Made by a program: the position numbers and the translations under genes. A stretch of DNA of 64,000 nt from Candidatus Bathyarchaeia archaeon (GTDB taxonomy: Archaea; Thermoproteota; Bathyarchaeia; Bathyarchaeales; Bathycorpusculaceae): positions 384,001-448,000 of the forward strand of contig JBEKOM010000001.1 of the NCBI GenBank assembly GCA_049521795.1, written 5' to 3'. Positions within the stretch are counted from its first letter, which is position 1. The number at the start of each line of letters is the position of its first letter. Shown here piece after piece: positions 40,124 to 50,902 of this stretch. The notes under the pieces were generated by a model that had not been told where the DNA came from, searched no databases, and worked only from the letters and a program-made list of their open reading frames with translations.

Positions 40124-40386
40124 GCAAGCGGGCGCGATAAGAGTGGTGTCCACATGCAAGTTTCAGGTCAAGAAAACAAGGCGGCGCTTTTCGTCAATGC
40201 GAAAAGAGCGCACGAGGAAAAAGGAATCTGTCACATCATTTGCGTCGGAGCTAAGAGACCTTTCCGATTGAACGATTTCTTGGGTATTATTACTGGCACG
40301 CGCTTGCACGGCATTGTTCAGTATGCTTTCAGGTCTGAAAGTTGAATTGGTTAGAACGCAGCTCCGTAAATCGAGTCGAATGTATT

Positions 40387-41352
40387 CTATGTTGTCTTCT
40401 TCCAGTATTCAATCGTCCTTTCAAGGCCCTGGTCTAGGTCTACTTCCGGCTTCCAGTCCAGTTCTTTTCTGGCTTTGGTCGAGTCCAGTATTATGTAGGG
40501 TTGGTCAGATATGATCGGTCTCATGGGGTAGCCAGGGGGATAAGCGCCAAGTATCAGATTCTGACGATCGAAACCAAGTTTCTTTGCTATTGTATTCGCT
40601 AGTGTTTGATTGGATATTCCTCTGCCCGTACCTATGTTGTACACTTGTCCCTTCCTTCCCTTTTCTATGGCTTGCACATAGGCGTTCACATGGTCGTCCA
40701 CGTACATATATTCTCGAATGGACTCAGGGGCGCCAACATACACTTTTTCCTTTTTGAGCATAGTTGTTATAAGGTATTCGACCATGAAGGTTTTGTCGAA
40801 TTTTCTTCCATACGTGTTGCAAGGACGTAGTACAACTGCATCCAGATCGTAGACTTGTGCTACCATCTGGAGATATTTGTCAGCGGCAACTTTTGAAACT
40901 GCATATGGAGAACTCGGCCTCAAAGGGGTTTCTTCCATGAAAGGTTTTTTGTCGGTGTGTATGCCATATACTTCTGCAGTTGATGCTGCAACAAGCTTCC
41001 TTTTCTTGTAATCAGTCAGTTCCAGCATTGCGTGGGCTATGTTCATCGTCCCCAAGAAGTTCACTTTTTCATAGTCGAAAGGCCTTTCAAAGGACAAACG
41101 CACAGGTGACAACGCTGCTAGATGAAGTACATAGTCTGGATCGGCCGTCTTGAGTGCATTTGAGACAGACATGAAATCAGTGATGTCAGCCGTAATCAAT
41201 ACAATGTCTTTTGATATGTCCTTGAACCTCTCAAGGGTTCTTTGGGAACTCGGCCGTATTACGCCGTATACTGTATGATCAAGATCGATTAGCCTCCTGG
41301 CTAGGTGGCTTCCTATGAAACCGGTCACGCCAGTCAAAACTACGTTAGCCAT
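40387..41352 (-). CDS. NDP-sugar 4,6-dehydratase / epimerase (extended SDR)
   Basis: TGVTGFIG, HLAA, STAEVYG, PYAVSK, REYMYVDD. Confidence 0.9.
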   Translation of the reverse strand: MANVVLTGVTGFIGSHLARRLIDLDHTVYGVIRPSSQRTLERFKDISKDIVLITADITDFMSVSNALKTADPDYVLHLAALSPVRLSFERPFDYEKVNFLGTMNIAHAMLELTDYKKRKLVAASTAEVYGIHTDKKPFMEETPLRPSSPYAVSKVAADKYLQMVAQVYDLDAVVLRPCNTYGRKFDKTFMVEYLITTMLKKEKVYVGAPESIREYMYVDDHVNAYVQAIEKGRKGQVYNIGTGRGISNQTLANTIAKKLGFDRQNLILGAYPPGYPMRPIISDQPYIILDSTKARKELDWKPEVDLDQGLERTIEYWKKTT

Positions 41353-42083
41353 GTTTCATCGTGCACCTTCTTTCTTAAAACGTCCTCCGCCAGTTTCAGT
41401 TCTTTTATGGTGTTAATGGTCATCCAAGTTTCCTTCATTATGTAACCTCCTAAAAGCTTTTCCTTAGCAAGCAGAGGGAACGTTGTTTCTTCGATCCGTC
41501 CCTTTTCAGGCAGATAATCCTTGACCTCCTTACCGAAAACGTAGACCCCCATACTTACTAGCATGGAAGGAATCAGAGGCTTCTCATCAAAGCCCGAAAT
41601 CAACCCGTCTTCTCCCATTCTCACTACTCCAAAAGGGCTCCGAGGGTTTGCTACGGCAATCGTAGCTACACTGCGATGCTTGCAATGATAATCAACCATG
41701 TCTTTTAAATCAAGGTTTGTTATCTCATCACCGTTCATGGCCACAAAGACTTGATCATTCACAAACCGGTTTACGGCAAGCTGGAAGCCCTCTCCTGTTT
41801 CACCCTCGACACTGTGGACGCTGTAATCAATTTTAACTCCGAGTTTAGATCCGTTTCCGAAGAAGTCCATGACAGAATCTTTGCAGTAAGCTACGCCGAT
41901 TATTACATGTTTGATTCCATTGTGTTTCAGCCACTCAATTACCCACTGAAGAATAGGTTTTCCCAAGACTCTGACCATCACCTTTGGTTGGCTATCCGTT
42001 AAAGGCCTTAGTCTGAGGCCTGCTCCTCCAGCGAGGACGACGGCTGTTTTCGCTTCACATCCACTCAATCTGTTCCTTCCCAA
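41340..42083 (-). CDS. Sugar-phosphate nucleotidyltransferase
   Basis: LAGGAGLRLRPLT..PK, MNGD, FDEKP. Confidence 0.9.
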   Translation of the reverse strand: MGRNRLSGCEAKTAVVLAGGAGLRLRPLTDSQPKVMVRVLGKPILQWVIEWLKHNGIKHVIIGVAYCKDSVMDFFGNGSKLGVKIDYSVHSVEGETGEGFQLAVNRFVNDQVFVAMNGDEITNLDLKDMVDYHCKHRSVATIAVANPRSPFGVVRMGEDGLISGFDEKPLIPSMLVSMGVYVFGKEVKDYLPEKGRIEETTFPLLAKEKLLGGYIMKETWMTINTIKELKLAEDVLRKKVHDETWLT

Positions 42084-42993
42084 GAGCTCTCTTAATTCTT
42101 ATGTAGGTATTGATCGTGAATGACTTAAGAGTTGACTCGATTTTTCCGGTCCATGCAGGGTTTGCCTGCTGAATCAGCTTTTCCCATTCTTCTTGATCCC
42201 ACGCATTCCACATTCTGAGCTTTCTAACATTTGCATTGACTGTTTCGACATTGTCTTTCTTTTCGGGAGACATGTACTTGATGAACCCGCCGACCATGTC
42301 CTTGGCAACGTCGATTTTCCATTCTTTAGTAGTTTCTTCCTTGATTCTGAACTTGACAGCATGCGTTGACGTTTCATCGCTTGGTCTTACTACATGATGA
42401 TAATGAAACGTCGTGGGAACTTTGCCATACTTAAAACCGCCGTTTTCAACTAGCTCTTGAAACAGCAGGTCTTCCATTCTGTAGCCGTAATCATCTTCCA
42501 GGTGTTTGATATTCTTGAAAGCCTCTTTTCTTCCCATTTGACTGCCAGAGTAGGCTCTGGGGCTTTCAAATGATCCCTTGACTTCTCTTTCAAAATGATA
42601 TACTAAGACTCTCTTGCATTCGAACCAGTCCCATTTCTCTCGATATTTGCACATTTCTTCGTACCAGTGTCTTGGAAGGGAAACGTCTGAATGGAGGTAA
42701 ACGAACCATTCGGTTTCAACTTCGTCAATCAACTGTTTGATTCTGAAACTTAAAGATTTGAATCTTGATTGGTCAAAAACCTTGACGCGAGGATATTTCT
42801 TCGCTGTCCCTATTGTGTTGTCAGTAGAGCCTCCGTCTCCGATCAATAAGCGGTTGATTGGAATTTCTCTGTAGAAACTGTCAAGGCACTCTTCCCAGTT
42901 ATCCTTCGTGTTCTTGACAGGTACAACAACGTCCATTCTTTCTAAATCGGATTCCACGGAAGCACGGTCTATGTTCACACGACTGCCGAGCAT
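42055..42993 (-). CDS. GT2 (GT-A) glycosyltransferase
   Basis: DVVVPVKN, DGGSTDNT, LHSD, ED motif. Confidence 0.85.
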   Translation of the reverse strand: MLGSRVNIDRASVESDLERMDVVVPVKNTKDNWEECLDSFYREIPINRLLIGDGGSTDNTIGTAKKYPRVKVFDQSRFKSLSFRIKQLIDEVETEWFVYLHSDVSLPRHWYEEMCKYREKWDWFECKRVLVYHFEREVKGSFESPRAYSGSQMGRKEAFKNIKHLEDDYGYRMEDLLFQELVENGGFKYGKVPTTFHYHHVVRPSDETSTHAVKFRIKEETTKEWKIDVAKDMVGGFIKYMSPEKKDNVETVNANVRKLRMWNAWDQEEWEKLIQQANPAWTGKIESTLKSFTINTYIRIKRALGKEQIEWM

Positions 42994-43222
42994 GAGTTGT
43001 CCTCGTTCTGTTCAACGACCTATCGAAGGATCGAAGTCATAAACAAATAGATTGCTATTCTTCCCTTTCGATGGCAGGCTTGGTATTCGGACGTTAGCAG
43101 ATGCGTTGAACCTGCACACTAGATTAATAAGATGCTCACAAATATCTTAGCAAACATGATGTTCGCCAGTGTGATATTCAAGATTGAATATCGCCATTCT
43201 GCTTTGCTTGCGGGAGGATTGA

Positions 43223-44197
43223 ATGAATAAGGTTTTAGTGGTAGGAGCGGGCAACATTGGAAGTAGACATCTGCAGGCGTTGGGAAGAAGCAGAATTCCG
43301 TTGGAAATAACTGTAGTCGACCCAAGTGTTCAGGCGTTGGAGATGTCGAAACAACGTTTTGATGAGGTTGTTGCCAAGTCTGCTATTAAACCAAAGTACT
43401 GTCAAAACATGGAATCCGTGGGCGGAAAATTCGATGTGGGAATAGTTGCAACGACCTCGGACATAAGAAGAAGAGTTGTTGAAGAGCTACTGGGTAAGAG
43501 GAGAGTAAAATATCTGATACTAGAAAAAGTTGCCTTCCAGAGCGCAAGTGATTTTGAACATGTTATACAGCTACTGAACTCAAAGAATGTGAAGGCTTGG
43601 GTGAATTTTCCGAGAAGGGTCATCCCCTTTTACAAAGAATTGAAAACGATAATCAAGCCTCATGAGCAAGTTTTTTACACTGTTGAGGGAGGCGATTGGG
43701 GTTTGGCCTGCAATGCGATTCACTTCATTGACGTGTTGTGTTTCTTGACCGAAGAGACAGACTACAAGGTGTCTTGTCATGGTTTGGACAGGAGCGTAAA
43801 AGAAAGCAAGCGCAAAGGTTTTGTGGAGTTTACCGGTTCTCTTCAATGCTATTTCGGCAATGGGAGCGAGCTTAGCCTCATTTCGCAGAATGGTTCGACT
43901 TGTCCGCCTTTTATAACCATTTTGACAAGATCTGTTCTAGCTGTGGTCGAAGAAGAGAAGAGTGTGGCTGAGATGTCGAAGGAAGAAAAGAACTGGGAAT
44001 GGGAGGAAATCAGATTCAAATGGCCATATCAAAGCGAACTGACTCATAAGATCGTTGAGGAAATCATTGCCACAGGGAACTGTGGGTTGACACCAATCCA
44101 AGAGTCCTATTTGATACACAAGCCTATGCTGGGCTCTTTCATAGATTACCTCGAAAGGATCACAGGTAAGAAATATCCGGTTTGTCCAATTACATAG
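43223..44197 (+). CDS. Gfo/Idh/MocA oxidoreductase
   Basis: GAGNIGSRH, ILEK, WVNFPRR, GLACNAIHFID. Confidence 0.85.
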   Translation: MNKVLVVGAGNIGSRHLQALGRSRIPLEITVVDPSVQALEMSKQRFDEVVAKSAIKPKYCQNMESVGGKFDVGIVATTSDIRRRVVEELLGKRRVKYLILEKVAFQSASDFEHVIQLLNSKNVKAWVNFPRRVIPFYKELKTIIKPHEQVFYTVEGGDWGLACNAIHFIDVLCFLTEETDYKVSCHGLDRSVKESKRKGFVEFTGSLQCYFGNGSELSLISQNGSTCPPFITILTRSVLAVVEEEKSVAEMSKEEKNWEWEEIRFKWPYQSELTHKIVEEIIATGNCGLTPIQESYLIHKPMLGSFIDYLERITGKKYPVCPIT

Positions 44198-44228
44198 AAC
44201 ACCTTACGACGGTGTTGGGGGAACCAAA

Positions 44229-45170
44229 ATGAAAAAGATATGGTTAGTCGGCGCTGGTTACATGGCGAAAGAATACGCAAAGATCCTTAAAGCCCTGAAA
44301 CGTGAATTTACGGTAATAGGCAGGGGAAAAGAAACAGCAGCTGATTTCGAGAGGGCCCTAAACGTCCCTGTCATAACGGGCGGTGTTGACAATTATATAG
44401 AGTCAAGTCAGGACAGGCCTGAGTATGTAATTGTGACGGTGGACGCTCAGTATCTGTATGAAGTGTCGAAGAAGATTATGAAATTCGGCGTCCAAAACAT
44501 GTTGCTTGAGAAGCCTGGCGCTTTGAACCTTTCAGATATAAGAGAATTGCAGAAATTGTCCACAGACAAGAAGTCAAAGGTTTTCATCGCTTATAATCGC
44601 AGGTTCTATTCATCAGTGCTTAAGGCAAAGGAGATCATGAAAACGGATGGAGGATGCACCTCTTTCACTTTTGAATTCACTGAATGGAGTCACCTTGTTA
44701 AAGACTCAAAGAAATCCGAAGGAGAAAAGAATAGATGGTTCATAGCGAACTCTACGCACGTCGTTGATCTCGCCTTCCACTTGGGAGGAGCTCCTAAGCT
44801 CATCGAGTGCTACGCTTCGGGTGGGTTGGACTGGCATCCATCCGCATCAATCTTCTCAGGAGCAGGTGTCGCAGACAATAATGCTCTCTTCTCTTATCAC
44901 GCCAATTGGGAAGCACCAGGCCGGTGGGGAGTAGAAGTTCTGACGAGAAAACACAGGCTGATTCTGAGACCCTTAGAAGAGTTGCAGGTTCAAAATCTTG
45001 AATCAGTTAACGTCGAAAAAGTTGAGCTCGACGACAGGTTGGACAAGTTGTTCAAGCCAGGCTTGTACAGAGAAACCGAATCTTTCTTGACGGGTGCATA
45101 TGACAATCTGAAACCTCTACGTGACCAAGTCAAAGATATGCAATTGTATTGTAAAATGGCCAACTACTAG
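44229..45170 (+). CDS. Gfo/Idh/MocA oxidoreductase
   Basis: GAGYMA, LLEKP, AYNRRF, NSTHVVD. Confidence 0.85.
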   Translation: MKKIWLVGAGYMAKEYAKILKALKREFTVIGRGKETAADFERALNVPVITGGVDNYIESSQDRPEYVIVTVDAQYLYEVSKKIMKFGVQNMLLEKPGALNLSDIRELQKLSTDKKSKVFIAYNRRFYSSVLKAKEIMKTDGGCTSFTFEFTEWSHLVKDSKKSEGEKNRWFIANSTHVVDLAFHLGGAPKLIECYASGGLDWHPSASIFSGAGVADNNALFSYHANWEAPGRWGVEVLTRKHRLILRPLEELQVQNLESVNVEKVELDDRLDKLFKPGLYRETESFLTGAYDNLKPLRDQVKDMQLYCKMANY

Positions 45171-45351
45171 ACAACAGGTCTTTGCCATAACGCAGCTGTT
45201 GCATTATCGAATAATAAAGAAATCCGTCACGGAGACTCTTGAGGCCTCTTAAGCCTTCGAAAAACCCTTACTCTTTCTTGAATAGGCAAAAGTTATGTGA
45301 AATCAGATCTATCATTACTTGCAGAGAACACGAAACTCACGAGGTGTCAGC

Positions 45352-46299
45352 ATGTCACACAACTATTCAAAGATCCTCATAACCGGAGGAGCTGGCTTCA
45401 TCGGAAGCCACCTTGTTGATAGACTTCTAGTTGACGATTTCGAAGTCACGTTGATTGACAATCTTTCTACTGGCAATCTGGACAACATCAGTCGTCACGA
45501 TGGCAAAAAGAATTTTCATCTCTTACGTGGTGACATTAGGAGGCTTGATCTCGTGAAGAGGGCGGTTAAGGAAGCTGAGGCAGTTTTTCATGAAGCCGCA
45601 GTTCTATCTTGGACTGGTTCTCGGAAAAGCCTTGTTCGTCTTAACCATGTGAACGTGAGCGGAACCTTAGCTCTTCTCAACGCAAGCGTAGACTCCGATG
45701 TTAAACGATTTATTTACGCCTCGTCTGCTGCTGTATATGGAGAGGCCAGCCCGCAACCTCAACGCGAAGACTTAAGTCCGGAACCGATTTCTCCATACGG
45801 TGTTTCAAAATTGTCAGCGGAGCAGTATGTCCGAGTATTCCATAAGTTGTATGGGCTTGAAACAGTTTGCCTACGGTACTTCAACGTTTATGGTCCTCGC
45901 CAGAAATATGGTCCTTATAGCGGGGTGATAACAAAATTCATGAATCGCATATCAAAGAATGAACCACCAATCATTTACGGAGACGGAGAACAAACCAGAG
46001 ACTTCGTGAATATCAAGGATGTCGTAGACGCAAACATGCTTGCTCTAACGACGAAAAGCGCGGTCGGCGAAGTTCTTAACATCGGCACCGGCGTGGCTTC
46101 TAGAATAAGAGAGTTGGCCAAAACGCTTCAAGAAATCATGGGCCAAAAACGTGTCAAGCCCATACGCGCAGGTTTGAGACCCGCAGACATTAGACACAGT
46201 TGGGCTGACATCAACAGGGCCAAGAAAGTTTTGGCGTATGATCCAAAGGTCTCTCTTAGGAGCGGACTACGCGAACTAGCCAAGTATTTTCGAGGCTAG
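45352..46299 (+). CDS. NAD-dependent epimerase (UDP-Glc/GlcNAc 4-epimerase-like)
   Basis: TGGAGFIGS, SSAAVYG, PYGVSK, RYFNVYGPRQ, GDGEQTRDF. Confidence 0.92.
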   Translation: MSHNYSKILITGGAGFIGSHLVDRLLVDDFEVTLIDNLSTGNLDNISRHDGKKNFHLLRGDIRRLDLVKRAVKEAEAVFHEAAVLSWTGSRKSLVRLNHVNVSGTLALLNASVDSDVKRFIYASSAAVYGEASPQPQREDLSPEPISPYGVSKLSAEQYVRVFHKLYGLETVCLRYFNVYGPRQKYGPYSGVITKFMNRISKNEPPIIYGDGEQTRDFVNIKDVVDANMLALTTKSAVGEVLNIGTGVASRIRELAKTLQEIMGQKRVKPIRAGLRPADIRHSWADINRAKKVLAYDPKVSLRSGLRELAKYFRG

Positions 46300-47078
46300 T
46301 GGGCGTTTGGTTTCCTTAGCTTGACGTTCGCACGTTTCTTGAATCGTTTCCAGTATTCTTCCTGAACTCCCTTGTTAATCTCGGCGAGCGCAGGTTCCTT
46401 CTTCAAGAGGCTTAGTATGTCTTTAAGCGTGAACAACTTTCCAGGCACATACAATCGGTCGTAGACCTCCTTCACAAGTTCAAGGTCTTCAGGGTAGTCA
46501 ACGGTAATTCTGATCTCGGGATGTTTCAATTCGTTGTCTTCAGGCTCAAGATACTCCACGTCGAAGAGTCCGGTGTCGGTGAAGTATGCTCCCCATCCGG
46601 TTTCTGTGTTCAGTGTATCCTTTATCTCGCAGACTTTTCTTAAAGCATCAACTTTCACGCCAACCGGAGTCGCTCCGAGCGGCAGATTGTTCCATTTAAC
46701 GAAGCTGGCTCCTGTCTTCAAGAAGGTTTCCGCTGTTTTGTCCATCAACTCGGGATCGCAGAAGACATCGTCTCCATCGACGTTTACTATGAAGTCCACG
46801 TTGTATTTGAGAGCAGCGTCAAGGTATCTCTTCAGGATATCGTGTTCGCTTCCACGGAAACACTCTGCCCCGCTTTTCTTAGCAATGTTGACGAAAATCC
46901 TATCTTCAGGCTGAGTGGTCGTGCACAGAACAACTAGATTTGGAAGTTTTGCTGCTTTTGCTCGGTCGATAAGGTGTTCTATGAGGCTCTTGCCTTTAAC
47001 TTCGATTAATGGTTTTCTTGGAAGTCTACTCGAGCCAAGTCGGACAGGTATGAACACCGCGATTTTGGGCATGTGCAT
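46296..47078 (-). CDS. SpsF-like cytidylyltransferase (candidate CMP-nonulosonate synthetase)
   Basis: PVRLGSSRLPRK, FRGSEHD.L.RY, VDGDD, RITVDYPEDL. Confidence 0.88.
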   Translation of the reverse strand: MHMPKIAVFIPVRLGSSRLPRKPLIEVKGKSLIEHLIDRAKAAKLPNLVVLCTTTQPEDRIFVNIAKKSGAECFRGSEHDILKRYLDAALKYNVDFIVNVDGDDVFCDPELMDKTAETFLKTGASFVKWNNLPLGATPVGVKVDALRKVCEIKDTLNTETGWGAYFTDTGLFDVEYLEPEDNELKHPEIRITVDYPEDLELVKEVYDRLYVPGKLFTLKDILSLLKKEPALAEINKGVQEEYWKRFKKRANVKLRKPNAH

Positions 47079-47099
47079 CAGCTCAAATCTTGTACAAGC

Positions 47100-47963
47100 T
47101 TAACTTCGTAGTCTCTTTGTCAGATCCTGCTGAAGGTCTTCAGCTATTCTCTTGACCTTCCCAACCTCTTCTCTGATTTCTTTGTCCTTAATCTCTTCCT
47201 TTCGCTTCTCGTTTGACTCCAAAATCAGGCGCAGCAACTTGGAGTCGTATCCTTCCAACAACAATTCTACGTTAGGAATTACGCAGTGCCTGCCAATGAC
47301 GTCTGGAAACATAATTGGCCTGTCAAACCTGGCACGATGCGTGTCAGCTAGGAAGTCGACAACTTGGTCAAAATCTGCTCCGAAATGTCTAGAAATGCGG
47401 TGCATCTCCTGAAAACAGGTTATCATCCAAGCTCTGTAAGTAGTTTCAAAGAGCTTGGCTAACTCGGTTTCTGCGCAGCTTTTCAAAACCTTGGTTCTCA
47501 AACCGAAGGCTCTAAAATGCTTGTCGGCAGCTCTTCCAGCTTCAGCGTTAGCGCCGCCGACGTACTTTGTCCAGCGCTTTAGCTCCCATTTCATGTGCTC
47601 TGGGCTTTCATGCACTCCTCGGAATGGAGAGTGCGCGACGAGATAAGGGCAACGTTTGCTCACGCTCTTTGTTGTTCCTGGCGGAACCGTGCTGTTGATG
47701 ATAACGAGTTTCGGTTTGAATCGTTTCGCGTAGTTAACGACAGCACTCACAAATTCTTCTTGCCTTTTGCATGGTATGCAAATGTGAGTGATATCTACTT
47801 TACTTGGAAGCGAGGCCTGTCCAGTTTTTCGCATCTTGGATTCGTCGAGGTCAAATCCATAGACTGCAAAACGCCCACTTTCTTTCAATAAGTCAAATAT
47901 GGCCTGACCGACTTCGCCCAAGCCAACGACTAGGACTCTCTGTTCCGCCAACTGCCGCCACAT
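47100..47963 (-). CDS. UDP-glucose/GDP-mannose dehydrogenase-family protein (short form, no C-terminal UDP-binding domain)
   Basis: GLGEVG, STVPPGTT, ELAKLFET, IGRHCV. Confidence 0.85.
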   Translation of the reverse strand: MWRQLAEQRVLVVGLGEVGQAIFDLLKESGRFAVYGFDLDESKMRKTGQASLPSKVDITHICIPCKRQEEFVSAVVNYAKRFKPKLVIINSTVPPGTTKSVSKRCPYLVAHSPFRGVHESPEHMKWELKRWTKYVGGANAEAGRAADKHFRAFGLRTKVLKSCAETELAKLFETTYRAWMITCFQEMHRISRHFGADFDQVVDFLADTHRARFDRPIMFPDVIGRHCVIPNVELLLEGYDSKLLRLILESNEKRKEEIKDKEIREEVGKVKRIAEDLQQDLTKRLRS

Positions 47964-48030
47964 CCTTTCAGCGGAAAAAATGGTTCATCAAACTATTTAA
48001 ACTTCATACACCCTACAGCCTTAAGGCGAA

Positions 48031-48543
48031 GTGGAAGACATGCCGCAGCCAAAGATGGGAAAAGGCGTAATCGTTGGAAAGAACGTCAAGTTCGGCCACA
48101 ACGTGGTCGTCTGGAACTACGTTGTGATAGGCGATAACGCAAGAATTGGCGACGGAACACGCATCGGCAGCTTCTGCGACATAGGCAAGAATGTCATAAT
48201 GGGTAGTAACTGTAATGTGCAGACTCACGTCACGATCTCGAACGGTTGCAGGATAGGCAATCAGGTGTTTATCGCGCCGAACAGCACGCTTTTGAACGAC
48301 AAGTTTCCAGTCAGCGAGCAGTTGAGCCCGCCAACGATTGAAGACAGTGTCATAGTAGGCGGGTGCGCAGTGATACTGCCAAACGTGACGATCGGCAAAG
48401 GCGCTGTTGTCGCAGCCGGAAGCGTAGTCACGAAAGACGTTGGGTCGGCAGTTGTCGTGAAGGGTTTTCCAGCAGAGCCGATGATGACGCGGAAAGAGTA
48501 TGAAGCAAGGAAGAAGGTCTTCGTCCCGAGGCGGCTACGGTGA
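48031..48543 (+). CDS. Hexapeptide-repeat N-acetyltransferase (WbpD-like)
   Basis: LbH repeats, NDKFP, AAGSVVTKDV..GFPA. Confidence 0.88.
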   Translation: MEDMPQPKMGKGVIVGKNVKFGHNVVVWNYVVIGDNARIGDGTRIGSFCDIGKNVIMGSNCNVQTHVTISNGCRIGNQVFIAPNSTLLNDKFPVSEQLSPPTIEDSVIVGGCAVILPNVTIGKGAVVAAGSVVTKDVGSAVVVKGFPAEPMMTRKEYEARKKVFVPRRLR

Positions 48544-48547
48544 AAGG

Positions 48548-49534
48548 ATGAAAGTCTGGTACGACGCCTGCACAGGCAAACACGTTAGGTATGGCGCAGC
48601 GATTGCGAAACGTTTGAGAAAGCGTGGTCATGAAGTAATATTCACGACGAGAGAGCATCCTGACACAGTGGCTCTAGGAAAAATACTTGGCGAAAACCCC
48701 ATCGTCATTGGGAAGTACGATCCAGCATCGCTTTATACGCGGTTAGAAGAAAGCGCAAATCGGGTGCTCAGATTTTCAAAAATGTTCAGAGATGGTTCGC
48801 CCCAACTGGCCATCTCGGCCCAGTCTGTGGAGTTGTGCCGGTCTGCTTTTGGTTTAAACATTCCAATAATCGTGACGGCCGATACTCCTTATGCCACAGC
48901 GGTTAACAGGTTGACGATACCTCTAGTAAGCCTGCTTCTAATCTCAGAAGCCATCCCAAAGAGTCTCTTCAAAAAGTACGGAGCACAGAAGATTGTTCAG
49001 TTCAAAGGCGTAGACGAAGTGGCTTGGGCAAAAGACGTCAGCAGACTGAAGGCTCCTGAACTTAGGAGACCCTTGATCGTCGTCAGACAGATGGAGACGC
49101 GAGCTGCGTACGGACTTGGTAAGGGCGATGTCACCGTTGAGGCTGCGCGCAAGCTTTCTTCTCTGGGCACCGTTGTTTTTCTGCCGCGCTACAGCACGCC
49201 TAGAGATAAGAAACTGGTCGTTTTGAACGAGTTTGTGGATTCAACAGGTCTAGCTGCTCAGGCTGATCTGGTTGTGAGCGTGGGAGGGACGATTGCGAGG
49301 GAAGCTGCTTTGCAGGGGACGCCCAGCATCGTGATATCTGAATTTGGCCGTATTCAAGTAAACGAGTACCTCTCGAAAAAGGGCTTTCCACTCTTCATAG
49401 TGAAGCCGTCAGGGGTCATCACTCATGCCAAACGGTGCCTAGGGAAGAAATTCGACGTCAGAGCGAAACTGAAGAGCCTTGAGAATCCTGTTGACGTCAT
49501 CGAAAAAATCATCAAAGAAAAGCAACTCGCCTAG
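48548..49534 (+). CDS. DUF354-family GT-B-like protein
   Basis: MKVWYD..TGKHVR, GGTIAREAALQGTPSI. Confidence 0.82.
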   Translation: MKVWYDACTGKHVRYGAAIAKRLRKRGHEVIFTTREHPDTVALGKILGENPIVIGKYDPASLYTRLEESANRVLRFSKMFRDGSPQLAISAQSVELCRSAFGLNIPIIVTADTPYATAVNRLTIPLVSLLLISEAIPKSLFKKYGAQKIVQFKGVDEVAWAKDVSRLKAPELRRPLIVVRQMETRAAYGLGKGDVTVEAARKLSSLGTVVFLPRYSTPRDKKLVVLNEFVDSTGLAAQADLVVSVGGTIAREAALQGTPSIVISEFGRIQVNEYLSKKGFPLFIVKPSGVITHAKRCLGKKFDVRAKLKSLENPVDVIEKIIKEKQLA

Positions 49535-49583
49535 ACTGTTAGGGAAAAATTAAAGCCAAACCACCCATTCTTTGATGGAATAA

Positions 49584-49661
49584 GGGCCGGTCGTCTAGCT
49601 TGGTTAGGACATTGGCTTTACGAGCCAAAGGTCGCCGGTTCAAGTCCGGCTCGGCCCACCA
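49584..49661 (+). tRNA. tRNA-Val(TAC), intronless, encoded CCA
   Basis: GGGCCGG...TTGGC-TTTACGA-GCCAA...GCCGG-TTCAAGT-CCGGC-TCGGCCC-ACCA. Confidence 0.97.
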
Positions 49662-49741
49662 TTTTATGGGAAGAATCGCTATTCGCTGGATTTTGTTTGA
49701 CGATCCATGCCTCTTCTAGGTTGAGCGTTTATGAGAATCCT

Positions 49742-50902
49742 TCAAGCTAGTTTGATCTGACTGATCTTCAGTTCTTTTCCGCGTCTTTTCAGAAGGACTG
49801 CGCTCAAGATTGCGCCGGCAAGCACGCTAATTGCTAACGCGACATAATAGAACTCAGCTATCTGTGAAGTGGCTTGAGCACCAGATGCTGGGTCGATATG
49901 AAACAGCAGGATATCTGTTGAAGGCGTAGAATTGCTTACGGAAGCCTGCACTTGGACAAGGTATACGCCTATTTCAAGGTTCATTTGGTGAATTGTTTCG
50001 TTGCTTTCCCATTCGTAAATGCCGCTGGCAACAGGTTTTTCCATCATCACATCAGAGACCCATAGAGTGCCGTTTGGATAATAGATTGCAACAGTCACGC
50101 TCGCGTTCGAAACCGTGGCTATTGTTGTGGCATCTTTGACAATCGCATCAAGCCTTATCGCAACGTCCTCTTGATACAGGTAGTCCAGACCACCCCTTAC
50201 CGTCACGACCGTTGTGGGCGGCACGACTTGTTCTTGGCTATCAAGAGAAATTTCTTCTATGTATCCAACAGGCATTGGATAGGATTGACCTCCCAGCTCT
50301 ATCGTGTTCAGATACAATGTCTTCCCAAATCCACGAAATTCGACTCCCCTAGCCTCCAGGGAACCATTAATGTAAATGTCGTAGGTATTCTTCGTTATAT
50401 CCATGACCAATCTGATCTCATACCAAGTATTATTGGAAAATTGAAGCAGGTCGTGAAGGCCACCATCGTCATAGTATCCGATATTTCCGTCAGGAAGGAA
50501 ATAGACGTTGGCTCCATGGAGGTCAGAATCTGCGTAGTGGCTATCATGGATGTAGATATCGAAATAATCCGGATTCTCAACCATCACTGCAAATGAGAAC
50601 ATCAGAGTTCCATACTGGTTGGGAAAATCTCTTCTGACGCGCGCAGATGTAGCGGGCAAGTGTGATTGATCTGTGAATTTGGCTGATTTTCCGCTGCTTC
50701 CGAAATAGGCTGCATCACTTACTACAAAAGAACATATACTTGCGTTTTGGACGGTCCATCCTTGTGGAACAGTTCCTGTGGTCTCTGAGTCAAAGTTTTG
50801 CGAGAAAACATTTGTAGTGCACTCGGCTGGTTTGATGCTGAACCCCAGAATGGAGGTCACAAACATTATCAGAACGATCGCGGAGAGGACCTTCTTTAGC
50901 AT
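49742..50902 (-). CDS. Secreted, C-terminally anchored surface protein (ConA/LamG-like + Ig-like domains)
   Basis: Signal peptide; FSQNFD..G..P.GW and NTWYEI..D..NTYDIYING patterns; C-terminal TM followed by KRR. Confidence 0.7.
   Translation of the reverse strand: MLKKVLSAIVLIMFVTSILGFSIKPAECTTNVFSQNFDSETTGTVPQGWTVQNASICSFVVSDAAYFGSSGKSAKFTDQSHLPATSARVRRDFPNQYGTLMFSFAVMVENPDYFDIYIHDSHYADSDLHGANVYFLPDGNIGYYDDGGLHDLLQFSNNTWYEIRLVMDITKNTYDIYINGSLEARGVEFRGFGKTLYLNTIELGGQSYPMPVGYIEEISLDSQEQVVPPTTVVTVRGGLDYLYQEDVAIRLDAIVKDATTIATVSNASVTVAIYYPNGTLWVSDVMMEKPVASGIYEWESNETIHQMNLEIGVYLVQVQASVSNSTPSTDILLFHIDPASGAQATSQIAEFYYVALAISVLAGAILSAVLLKRRGKELKISQIKLA

Noticed and set aside
40154-40345. 63-aa ORF as a real gene or methyltransferase remnant
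   Set aside because: Only vague resemblance; no diagnostic motif.
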